A DNA stretch of 63,377 nucleotides, the filler included, from Craspedostauros australis (taxonomy: Eukaryota): NCBI GenBank assembly GCA_030167865.1. It is 7 parts of 7 records of this genome, joined end to end, with 100 filler letters (N's around TTAATTAATTAA, not from the genome) between each part and the next. Parts side by side here need not be neighbours in the genome. Positions count along the whole stretch, not along the records: positions 42,061 to 50,489 come from JALAGF010000327.1; positions 50,590 to 53,907 come from JALAGF010000328.1; positions 54,008 to 59,941 come from JALAGF010000330.1; 4 more parts are not named here. One strand, given 5' to 3'. The position numbers were made by a program, and so were the translations under genes. This document shows positions 48,501-58,657 of the stretch, in pieces. The stretch's first letter is position 1, and the number at the start of each line of letters is the position of its first letter. Under the pieces are notes generated by a model. That model was not told where the DNA came from, did no database searches, and saw nothing but the letters and a program-made list of their open reading frames with translations.

Positions 48501-49880
48501 TAGCAAGGCAACCAAATGGGCGGACAAGATGAGGAGAAGCAGCATGTTGCGTACGCACGCCTGGGTGGCAATGAAATCCACTATTTGGAAAGCACTGGAA
48601 TATCCTCTGACAAGTGCTACCTTCACCAAGGCAGCCACAGAGCGCATTATGCGACCGGTCCTCCAGGCAGCGTTACCAGCAGCTGGCATACAACGGAATA
48701 TATCGCGACAGCTGGTGTTCGGGCCACATGAAAGACTCGGGTTCGAAGTGCACCACCTGTACTTTGTGCAGACCGCAAAGCATCTCGAGATGCTGGCAAG
48801 GCACTGGCATTCGGACTCGTTGACAGGAAGGTTACTACAAACTTCAGTGGAGTTGATATCGATGCAGGTGGGCATTCCCAATGTGTTTGGCCAAGATCCA
48901 GCAGCATGGGGACACCTAGCGGAGGACTCGTGGATAAAGGCCGTGTGGCTGGAAACCAAGGGGGTGGGCATCAAAGTGCAGTGGGAGGAACGGATACTGC
49001 AAGCCCCAAGACAACAGGATGCGCCAATCATGGAGCGCATCCGAGCCCTCAACCTCGGCCAAACCCAGGAAAAGATCATCAACTTGTGCCGGATCGCGAA
49101 GAGAGTGTTTTGGCTCTCAGATATCGCGACGGCAGATGGTCGGCAGCTTCTGGAAGCAGCGAGTCAACCAGGTGAAATACCGTTGCGCAAAACCTGTCTC
49201 CGATGGCCGCCAGCAGGTCACATAGGGTTAGCATACTGGAGAATATGGCAGCGAGCCATCCGAATGCTCTGTCAAGTCTCACGATCGACGACACTGCGGC
49301 TAGACAGACCTCTGGGGAAATGGTTGCGATTCAGCTCGCAGCAGCCTCAGGTGTTCTGGGATCCGGCAACAGATAGGGCACAGGACTTGGAAAATCCAGC
49401 AAAGCATTGGCGGTACGTCCCGCGACGAAGGCGCCAGAAAGTGTATGAGTAGGCAGAAGACGCCATCCCGCGACCAGGATTCATCGCAGACGGATATCGA
49501 GAAGGAGAACGGCTGATCATCACGGCAACAAGCGACGGCGCACTACAGCCAGTAAGGCCCGCAACGACGGTGGAGCAAGCGATGCAGACGATGTCTACGG
49601 AAATGGCGTGGTCCATACGGGAACACACGATCGACGGACAGTGGGGAACGGTGGCGAAGGCGCTACGCCAAGGAACGGTGATGGCATGCAGCGACGGGTC
49701 TGTGGCCAATGGGAAGGGAGCTTCCGGTGCGGTGATTCTAGCCGAGCACGACGGCGTCTCAACACGGGTGTTGGTGGCCAACCTCGCGCCGGCAACCGAC
49801 GGGGTCATGCAGTCGCACAGAGCGGAATTGGCGGGCATCTACGGAGTCTTGGCAGTCCTGAAAGTCGTATGCGACGTATA
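45468..49880 (+). pseudogene. LINE ORF2 (APE endonuclease - reverse transcriptase - partial RNase H) with a +1 frameshift and an in-frame stop
   Basis: APE: LRIAALNVG, DVALLSE, IVGGDVN, IDGIW, WDH. RT: FRTISLVEGDFN, SNDAKSCYDR, QGLLQGLGISP, FVDDTDL, GGALEPKKS. RNase H: ACSDGS...SHRAELAGI. The frame changes at the A8 run 46826-46833, and the same frame continues past the TAG at 49450-49452. Confidence 0.88.
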
Positions 49881-50489
49881 TCCACGGTGATTTTTCGTCG
49901 CGATAATGGACCCAAGATGCGTCAGGACGCAAATTTCGAGACAATTTTCGATCTTTTGCGTCAGGACGCAAATGGAGAATTAGTGCGACAATTTAACACG
50001 AGGGATAAATTACNTCGACTTGTTGGACTCAGCGCCACAAAACTCTCTCCTTCTTGTGTGGATTTCCTTCGTGTTATTTTCTTAGCTCTTGTCTCGTGTT
50101 ATTTTCGCGCAGTGTTCAGTGTTCCCTGCATCAAGCACATACTCTAGCGGATGCTGTCGTTTGCAGTGATCATGAAGATACCAACTCAAGTTTGTTGGTA
50201 CCATATCAGTAATTGCACTACTATGATGCCGTAACTGTGGTGCTTTCTTTAGCTTTCCGTGTGTTCATGTCTCTTCGATTACTTATTTTTCTTCGTGTGC
50301 CAATAGGACCTGCGGTCCTTTCCGTTCTTCCTCCACGTCATCCTGTGCCTCTCCAGGCAGCTTCACACGACATCAGTGTCTCATTCATTCCTTGCGAGGC
50401 GAGACGTGCGTCTTAGTTTGTGTCTGCATCTGTGTTGCTTCCTCCTTCCATTGGGTCCCAACCTCATTAGATGTTCCCGTCGAATCAAG
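49881..50489. mobile_element. Probable DNA transposon (one end) interrupting the LINE RNase H domain at a TA
   Basis: LINE coding character stops after ...GACGTATA. The new sequence starts TCCACGGTGATTTTTCG, contains two copies of the palindromic TGCGTC-AG-GACGCA(AAT), and becomes T-rich to the contig end. Confidence 0.5.
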
Positions 50490-50710
50490 NNNNNNNNNNN
50501 NNNNNNNNNNNNNNNNNNNNNNNNNNNNNNNNNTTAATTAATTAANNNNNNNNNNNNNNNNNNNNNNNNNNNNNNNNNNNNNNNNNNNNTATCTTGGGAG
50601 GAAGTGTAACACAACTAATTAAGACAGATTTACGCTGCAAAATAGAATTCACTTGTCTCCGTAGTCATTTTTGGTTTACACGTGTGCTTGGCTCATGTCT
50701 GTGTTTGGAT

Positions 50711-50840
50711 GACTTTGCCCAATTTTGTCCAATTTTGTCAAAGTCGATTTGCTATTGTCCATTTTTGCCGAGTTCTGTCCAACTTTGTCTCACTCTGTCC
50801 AACTTTGTCTGACTTTGTCCAACTTTGTCTCACTCCGTCA
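50711..50840. repeat. Degenerate 10-bp tandem repeat, about 13 units (consensus AACTTTGTCY)
   Basis: Units gactttgccc, aattttgtcc, aattttgtca ... aactttgtct, cactctgtcc, aactttgtct, gactttgtcc, aactttgtct stay in exact 10-bp register. Confidence 0.85.
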
Positions 50841-51209
50841 ACTGATGACAACCAAGGAAACCGCTATTTCACAAATTTTGGAAACTAGTAAAAATGAGCA
50901 ACACTATCGTTTTCTCGATCAGTTCTGTCAAAAGAGAGAAAATATCATGTCGAAAACTTTCAATCACGTTCAAGATGGATCTTCTGGACAAAATGTTGGG
51001 TGTCCCAGAATCAGTAACTATTGTCGCATCTCTCTATGACCAAACTTATTTTTTTAGTACACAAACAAGTATCAAATGTCATAATACCAGAACCCGAAAA
51101 AACAAAAACAACGATAACACTAGAAACAAACAAAAAACGACACAACACAATCAAATCAGTACTCAACCTACAGCAAATTGTACGTGACACGAAAGATCCA
51201 AAACCGACG

Positions 51210-53654
51210 ATGAAGATGACGAAACACGTGAGAATTGTAGACGACCGCACCGACAACAACGAGATGGCACCGGCAGCAGGGCAAGCTGTGCAAACAGCAA
51301 CACCCAAGCCACCACCCAAGCCAAATCCGACAGAGAACGAGCAAGAGATGATGGAGAAAAACGGAGAAGTAGCGACGACATGGCGAGATCCGAACACCTC
51401 GCGATGGAAAAAGCTGAACGAGGCGATCGCACAACAAGCCAAAGGATTCCAACCGGAAGAAGTGTACGGAGAAGAAGAGAGGGCTCTGCACAACCAAGTG
51501 AAGAAGACGCTTATCATGAAAGCCAAATGGGAAGGGAAAGACACATCATTGGTGTCAGCCAGCATGCCCACGATCACAGAGACGACAGCATTCTTCCAGA
51601 CAGTGATGGATGGTCGCACCACGAGGCTGGGGAAAACCAAAATTCAACCCGAAGCCCCAGCACGAATGGCCATCAAACAGCTGATAGCAGACTTATCGCT
51701 CACCGACCCAGCCAAATGCTTCAAGGACGCGCTCAAGCCAGGAGAGAAATCAATGGCAGCCAATCAAATGACGGTCCTGTGGGCAGCAGCCACCAACTAC
51801 ATGGGATGCCAATACATGGACGAACTGCCACCTCCGGAAGTGAATTCAGACGCAGAGAAAATGCAGGTCGACAGCGAAGACGACGACAGCTATGACCTGA
51901 AATCGCTCATCAACAAAAAACCGCTTCGACAGTCTAATCTCACGTCATTCACAACAGCCACAAGGATCACGGCACCAGCTCCAAGAGACGCAAATGGCAA
52001 ACCAAGCGTAGCACGCAAACCCGAGGCATCAAATGAGACAGCACCGAACCAATCAGGAGAGGAAGAGGGGTGGACCAAAAAGCAGAAGAAGACTCCTCAG
52101 ATGTCCAATCCGAACCGACGGTACTACGAAAGGTTCGAGATGCAACTGAAGATATCCAAAGGCTCCCGCACCCAAGTCAGAGATTTCCAGGAGCGGTTCA
52201 GACAGTGGTACGAAGAAGCAAAGGACTTGGACTCAAGCTTGGTCATCAGCCCATGGTACAAAAAGAACAAATCCAAAGGATGCATCATCACCTCAGCCGA
52301 CATCCCAGCAGCGTGGAAAGACCTCAGGTACTACATCGGACGTGCCAACCCAACATCAAAGAGTGAGGACGTATACCTCCAGATTCTGATGTCATCCAAT
52401 ATGGACATGCAAATGTTCACTAGCTGGAACACGGAACTTGAAGGGGCGTACAACGAAGGCGAATACTCCTACATCCAAGATCTGAAAGACGCAGAACACA
52501 CCACGGAAATCGGTTTCATGGCGTACTCCGGCAACTTCACCAAAGCCAAACAAGCTCTGGCGATCATCAACCAACTACTCGAAGAGAAACGAGCAAAGCT
52601 CAAGGTAGGAGGAAGAGTGAAGTTCATGGGCAAGGTGTCGGAGGAAGTGAAAGACGATCACCTGCAGAACGGAGGCAGCTGGTACAACTCACCATGGATG
52701 GCGCTCCATCTACACACGGACGTCAAAGACGCCCGGCGAGCATCGAAGTTGTTGGGCAAAATCTTCAATTCCAAAGACAGTGACAGAAAGGGATTGAACT
52801 ACCGCTACGTGCCCAAGCCAGGAACATCGGTGATGGGAGCCAAGACAGCAACGAAGGTACAAGCAATGGTCAGAAAGCACCAGAACTACGTCAGGCGACT
52901 CAAATACGAGCAGCTCAAAGGCGACTTCGCTCTGGACACCAAAGACCCGGAAACCAACACCATCACTCTCCGCGAGTTCCTCGCCAACCAGACAGAGGAC
53001 GGCAGTCCATTGATACACGATGTCAGTACCACGCACATGGCCGACGGCAAAGAAGACGCTATCCACATCGTCGCATTCGAGGAACGATACGCACAAGCAG
53101 TCGGACTCATCCACACAATCGGCATCAGATGCACTTCCGAAATCAACGAATCTACCAAGAAATGGTTCTCAGAGGACATCATCGCAATGAGCTGTGCCAT
53201 GAAGAAAGACGGCAGCGGCGAATACGTGGATGTTGAAACAGAGGAAGAAATGGACTTTCTGCTAGACGAAGGATTCGGCAACGTGGTTATCGAGGGCATC
53301 AACTTGATGGAACGAGACAATGCAGAACCAAAACGCAAAAAGGCAAGACTGGAGGATGAAAGCTTTAAGACCTTCGGAACAGAGTACGGAAAGTCGGCAG
53401 CCTCATCCAGGTACACCATCCCAGAGTCAGAGACAGAAGCAGATGAAAGAGCAGCAATCGATGCAGAATTGGAGGAAGCGATGAAAATGGCGCGTGAAGC
53501 GCAGGAACTCGAAGCAAGTCGTGTGAGAGTGCAAGAACAATCCAACACGATCTCCAGCCAAGAATCTATCATAGCAGCACTGCGCGCTCAACTAGAAGCG
53601 TCCAAAGCCACGCCAAATGCCTCAAGCACGGGCAGTGGCGAGGACCAAGAATAA
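51210..53654 (+). CDS. LINE ORF1 protein, apparently full length (about 814 aa)
   Basis: Uninterrupted ORF from the first ATG at 51210. Its C-terminal part matches 44549-45505. It overlaps ORF2 by 38 nt. Confidence 0.82.
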   Translation: MKMTKHVRIVDDRTDNNEMAPAAGQAVQTATPKPPPKPNPTENEQEMMEKNGEVATTWRDPNTSRWKKLNEAIAQQAKGFQPEEVYGEEERALHNQVKKTLIMKAKWEGKDTSLVSASMPTITETTAFFQTVMDGRTTRLGKTKIQPEAPARMAIKQLIADLSLTDPAKCFKDALKPGEKSMAANQMTVLWAAATNYMGCQYMDELPPPEVNSDAEKMQVDSEDDDSYDLKSLINKKPLRQSNLTSFTTATRITAPAPRDANGKPSVARKPEASNETAPNQSGEEEGWTKKQKKTPQMSNPNRRYYERFEMQLKISKGSRTQVRDFQERFRQWYEEAKDLDSSLVISPWYKKNKSKGCIITSADIPAAWKDLRYYIGRANPTSKSEDVYLQILMSSNMDMQMFTSWNTELEGAYNEGEYSYIQDLKDAEHTTEIGFMAYSGNFTKAKQALAIINQLLEEKRAKLKVGGRVKFMGKVSEEVKDDHLQNGGSWYNSPWMALHLHTDVKDARRASKLLGKIFNSKDSDRKGLNYRYVPKPGTSVMGAKTATKVQAMVRKHQNYVRRLKYEQLKGDFALDTKDPETNTITLREFLANQTEDGSPLIHDVSTTHMADGKEDAIHIVAFEERYAQAVGLIHTIGIRCTSEINESTKKWFSEDIIAMSCAMKKDGSGEYVDVETEEEMDFLLDEGFGNVVIEGINLMERDNAEPKRKKARLEDESFKTFGTEYGKSAASSRYTIPESETEADERAAIDAELEEAMKMAREAQELEASRVRVQEQSNTISSQESIIAALRAQLEASKATPNASSTGSGEDQE

Positions 53655-53907
53655 TGCAAGGCTGGGGGCAGGTGAAGCAACGACAGCCACCCCCGCAAGC
53701 CCAACAGATGCAAACTTGGAGGAAACGCGCCGCGACGGGCAGGACCTCCGTGACAGGCACTGGGGAGATCCCACGATCAGCAAAGGCAGCACCTTATTAC
53801 GAATCGCAGCCTTGAACGTGGGGTGTCTCCAAGCCGAGTCAAAACACTGGAAGAACGACGACCTATGGCAGTGGATCAAACAGATGCAAATCGACGTGGC
53901 TCTTCTG
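53617..53907 (+). CDS. LINE ORF2 N-terminus (start of APE domain), truncated by the contig end
   Basis: MPQARAVART...LRIAALNVGCL...IDVALL, the same as 45468 onward. Confidence 0.8.
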
Positions 53908-54761
53908 NNNNNNNNNNNNNNNNNNNNNNNNNNNNNNNNNNNNNNNNNNNNTTAATTAATTAANNNNNNNNNNNNNNNNNNNNNNNNNNNNNNNNNNNNN
54001 NNNNNNNCTCCAAGTGCGAAAAGTTCAGTAGGGCATTGTGCGCAAGCGAACGGATATGTCGGAACGCACAAGCAGGGCGACGCTCCATTGTGTGGGGAGA
54101 GGAGCGTTGTCTGTTGTGCACAAATTGCCCGCACAATGGCGGCAGCCGAACAGTATCGCGATTTCACGGGCTATAGTGGTCCACGCGTCTCGTTTTTTTT
54201 TCGCTTGCGTCGGCTGGCAGAGTCCCGTTTCCCAGAGTCCACAAGAATGGAAGGGAGGGAGCATGGAATTCGACCAGATGGATCAAGAGGTCTGAATCAA
54301 ATTCAGATAGAACTCGTGGAGAATTGCTTCGCCAATCAGAAATGGAAGAGAGAACAATTGACGAACGACGAACGAACGGCGGAGCGAAGCATGGATCGGT
54401 GCCGGAACACGAAGCACGACGATGATCGAAACTGCAAACCGAAGAGTCGCAGCAAGAGGCGACATCAACGACAGAAGCAGTGGCAAGAAGAGAACGGCAG
54501 CTGCGAAGATCGGAACATCATCCCCTTGTTTGTCGAAGTGGCACGAGAGGAACAATGGCACATCTTCCAGACCTAACGCAAGGCGCCACAACGCACACAT
54601 CAGATCAGCCATCAGCCTCCGAAGGACACGAGCCTGCGTACGAGCAACTCACAGAGATACAAAGACAGATTGATCATTAGAGATCGAGATCGAGATCGCA
54701 TCCACCCATTGATCCAACACAGGCACAAGATTGAGGAAGAAGACAGAACGAGACGAAGACC

Positions 54762-56935
54762 ATGTTCGCCACAGCCGCAGCCAGAATCGGACGCACCATG
54801 ATGCGGCCAGCCGCCGCGCAGCGCTTTGCTGCTGCTGCCTCCACCGGACGCATGTCCATGTCCACGCAGAACTTTGACTTGGAGGGATCCTTCGAGGTGG
54901 GTCTGCGATGCATGCGTCTGCTTTCATGCGCGATCATGCTCCATGACTGTAGTATCGTACTCGAATCGTTTGGATCTTTGTGATCGGGCTTTGGCGGGAG
55001 AGTGAATCTTCATCATATCATCCGCAATCTCCGTCTCTATCGGCTCTATGGACTCTATTTCTGTCTCCCTCGCTCTCTCTTGGCTTGCCAACGTCTCACA
55101 GAGTCATTCTACATTGCATCTCTTTGCCCAATCTCTGCAACTGCGACGCAACCGCCGTGCTCTGTTCGACTCCGCTCCATTACACACCACCGCATGTCAC
55201 CGCATGTCACCACACACTCTCTTCAATTCCCCGCTTCCAACCCAACCGATCACCAATGACCGCATACATCTTCATCCGCTTGCTTTGATGCAACGGGTGC
55301 AATGCTGCACTGCGCAATGATCAACGACGGGATGCATTCAAACATACATTCATTCATTGATGGGTGTCGATGCGCGATTCCTGGAACTACCACCTTCCAT
55401 TCATCCATTCATCGGTCTACTCTTGATCACCATGTTTATCATCATGTTTATCATGTTTTGTTCTTCAAAACATATTCGTGTGTTGGTTGCGCAGACTCAC
55501 AACCTGGAGAAGGGACCAGAGCTGTCGGTGGATTGCAGCAAGGAGGACATGCTCAGCATGTTCGAGCTCATGTACACCATGCGCCGTATGGAGATCACCT
55601 GCGACAACGAATACAAGTCCAAGAACATTCGCGGATTCTGCCATTTGTACGACGGTCAGGAGGCCGTCGCTGTCGGTATCCAGAACTCCCTCACGCAGAT
55701 GGATTCATGGATCACCTCCTACCGTTGCCATTGCGTCGCCCTCGCACGCGGCGGTTCCGTCTCATCCGTCGTCGGAGAATTGTTCGGCAACATCGACGGA
55801 TACTCCAAGGGAAAGGGCGGATCCATGCACATGTACAACAAGGAGCACAACTTTTACGGAGGCGCCGGAATCGTCGGTGCCCAGGTCCCAATCGGCGCCG
55901 GACTGGCCTTTGCCAACAAGTACAAGGCCAAGCCCGGTGAGCCAATGAACGTCGCCATCGCATGCTACGGAGATGGTGCCGCCAACCAGGGACAGATCTG
56001 GGAGTCCGCCAACATGTGCAATCTTTGGAACCTGGTGAGTTTCTTGTGCAAGCGATGATGGTATTCCATCAGTCCACTGATGTTACGATCGTGTGTACTC
56101 CGAGTTTGTGTGGTCCCACTATCTCAGCATGTGCGTATCGACTGCCTCTCTATCCACGCCCAGTCCACACTCTGTCTCACAATTGTGTTACACTTTCAAC
56201 CGACAAACGCTGCACACCATGCAAATGAATAAATGAACGTGCGAACAAAATCAACGAACCACCGAATGGATGGATGGATGGATGGATGGATGGATGAATA
56301 CGGTCTCTGTGAATGTCCAACCATTCCTTTACCCCACGCCACCCGACTCGCACTCTGCCTCATTGAAATGACAAACACTACTTATGCAGCCAATGATCTT
56401 CTGCATTGAGAATAATCGATACGGCATGGGAACCTCCATCGACCGTCACTCCTCCATCTCGGATTACTACCAAATGGGAAACGCCATCCCAGGACTTCGC
56501 ATCGACGGTATGAACGTCCTTGCGGTCCGCGAGGGCATGCGATTCGCGAAGGAGTACTGCGGCGCTGGAAACGGACCAATCTACATCGAAATGATGACAT
56601 ACCGATACCACGGACACAGCATGAGTGACCCAGGAACGACCTACCGCAACCGCGAGGAGATTGCATACACTCGATCAACACGCGACCCGCTGGAGTTCAT
56701 CAAGAAGTGCCTCACGGACTCCGAATTCGCCACCGCCGAGGAGATCAAGGACATGGAGAAGAGAATCCGCAAGGAGGTCCAGGCCGAGGTCCTCAAGGCC
56801 AAGGAGTCCACACGCCCGCCCCTCGAGGAGCTCACCACCCACATCTACGCCGCCGACATCAACCCGGGCAACCAGGAATACCCACCCTTCGTCCGCATGC
56901 CTGACATGGACAAGAGCTTGACCTTCACCAACTAA
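54762..56935 (+). CDS. PDHA1: Pyruvate dehydrogenase E1 component alpha subunit, mitochondrial; 3 exons: 54762-54896, 55495-56034, 56390-56935
   Basis: Arg/Ala-rich mitochondrial presequence. Motifs IRGFCHLYDGQEA, GKGGSMHMY, TPP-binding YGDGAANQGQ...IENN, and phosphorylation loop YRYHGHSMSDPGTTYR. Two phase-0 GT-AG introns. Confidence 0.96.
56266..56296. repeat. (ATGG)n microsatellite in PDH E1 alpha intron 2
   Basis: Tetranucleotide run of about 7-8 units. Confidence 0.9.
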
Positions 56936-57766
56936 CTAGGGCGCCAATTCGAGCAACTGCGGATAGAGTCAGCATATTACGAGTTACTCCTGTACTGTGT
57001 TCTAATAGTGCTGTGTTGCATTGCAGACCATGAGACGTTCTCTAGAGAGGGTGTTGGCACAACTACTATATGTCGAGTAGTCCTATCCCATGTTTTATCA
57101 GCAGTCTTCGCAGAGTGGCGCCCCAGGAGCGCCATGGCGACTTCGACGCATGCGAGAGAGGGGTCGGGCTGGGATCCACAAATGCGTGGATCAGCAGCTG
57201 GCACAATCGCACCAAGTCCAGACGTGATGACTCGTGACAGGTGCGGATCCGAAAACTATCGCCATCACATGTCCAACTTCATGAAAACGCGATGAAGATA
57301 CCATGGTCGCATCAGGATCCCACGCCATACGAACCATACAGATCATACAGATCATACGAGCTATTGCAACAGAGAGGCACACCGATACAGGACCACTACC
57401 TCATCCAGAGCATCGTACATGCGTATTCAGAGACAGTCGGACGACGAAGAATAGCAGAATCATCGTTGGCAACATTGGCTTCGACGGCATCAGCATTGAC
57501 AACAGCGGGGCGATCCGCTGACCGAGCAAGGCAGCAATCCATCAAGCTCGCATACACGTATTCTATAATATAATCAAGCGGCTGCACCGACGGTGAACGA
57601 GGGAAAGAAAGCGGGACTTCTACCAACACCATCCTCGTACAACTGCATACTGCATTGCTCTATCACGGCACACGCCACTTACGACCACAAGTCAAGTGCT
57701 ACAGAATACTGGGGAACAGAGCACGTCGGCTCACGTACTCGTACCTTCACGCGATCGAATTGAAAC

Positions 57767-58657
57767 ATGCCACGGGGGGTTCTGCCGATCGCCGTTCACG
57801 AATCCACCCGGCTCAATCTATGGCCCTGGAAAGATGGGTACCGCAAGACCTTAGGGATATTGGAAGATGGGGACGTGGCGCAGCTCAACAGGATCACCAT
57901 GGTCTCCGTGAGGTTTTCATTTTCCCATGGCAAAGCAACGTCGATAAGCGACGAACAGATGGTGTCCATCTTTGACGCAATCGCATCCGAGCTGCCGAAG
58001 CTATCCGCCGTTCATGTCGCTTTGGAGACAACCCCCCATGATGTCTCGGCATCTGCGGCTTCTTCAATAGCATCCATACCTCCCGTCCAAGCCTTGGCCT
58101 CGCTATTCCTGAACGTCGGCAGCAACCAACTGGACACCGTCTCGTTCAAACACCTCCGACTCTTTGCCGATGATTTCGATATGAACGCCTTTGTCGAATC
58201 CATTCGCATCCACCCGAGGCTGCAGAACTTTGAGATGATGAATTGCCAGTTCTCCAACACAGCGCATCTCCCCAACTTGCAGAAGGTGGTGTACGGTCAT
58301 CCCAACATCAAACACGTTCAGATCGCCAAGAATGTCGTGGCAGGGAGCATTTCATCGTCGCAGCTGCAGAATGGGAAATCATCCGACGGGGTCCATCTCG
58401 AAGCAGTATCATCATCGTCTCGATTGCGACGATGGTCCTCCATCATCATTGTCTTCCTCGGCATTGCCGTCGCCACTCACCGTACGTTGTGGCTCCGCTC
58501 TGACTCGTACCAATCGCGCGTGTGCCGTGGAGCAGATGCCATCTCGCAACGCTTGCAGCTTAGCGATTCCTACGCAATCGCGACGTGCACGGAGCGGAAT
58601 GGCAAACAGGGAAAAAGCAAATCGAAAAAGCAACGAAGGGGGTTGTTCCGGCGCTGA
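57767..58657 (+). CDS. Hypothetical protein, possible degenerate RNI-like LRR region and C-terminal membrane anchor
   Basis: 296-aa ATG-initiated ORF with LPKLSAVHV, LDTVSFKHLRL and HPRLQNFEMMNC patterns, a hydrophobic SIIIVFLGIAVA segment and a basic tail. Confidence 0.6.
   Translation: MPRGVLPIAVHESTRLNLWPWKDGYRKTLGILEDGDVAQLNRITMVSVRFSFSHGKATSISDEQMVSIFDAIASELPKLSAVHVALETTPHDVSASAASSIASIPPVQALASLFLNVGSNQLDTVSFKHLRLFADDFDMNAFVESIRIHPRLQNFEMMNCQFSNTAHLPNLQKVVYGHPNIKHVQIAKNVVAGSISSSQLQNGKSSDGVHLEAVSSSSRLRRWSSIIIVFLGIAVATHRTLWLRSDSYQSRVCRGADAISQRLQLSDSYAIATCTERNGKQGKSKSKKQRRGLFRR

Larger units (their letters stand above)
44520..49880 (+). mobile_element. Non-LTR retrotransposon (Ambal-like LINE), copy 1: 5'-truncated, ORF2 disrupted, 3' end interrupted
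   Basis: Partial ORF1 (to 45505) overlaps ORF2 (from 45468), which has APE, RT and RNase H motifs. A-rich sense strand. Highly similar to 52669-53907. The two-ORF APE-RT-RNase H layout matches the Ambal clade described from diatoms; the clade call is by recognition only. Confidence 0.88.
51017..53907 (+). mobile_element. Non-LTR retrotransposon (Ambal-like LINE), copy 2: 5' leader, complete ORF1 and start of ORF2, cut by the contig end
   Basis: A/C-rich leader, long ORF1, and an ORF2 start (53617) identical in protein sequence to copy 1 up to the N linker. The 5' boundary is approximate. Confidence 0.85.

Noticed and set aside
50711..50840. Repeat array considered as CRISPR-like
   Set aside because: Contiguous degenerate 10-mers with no unique spacers, eukaryotic context and no cas genes.
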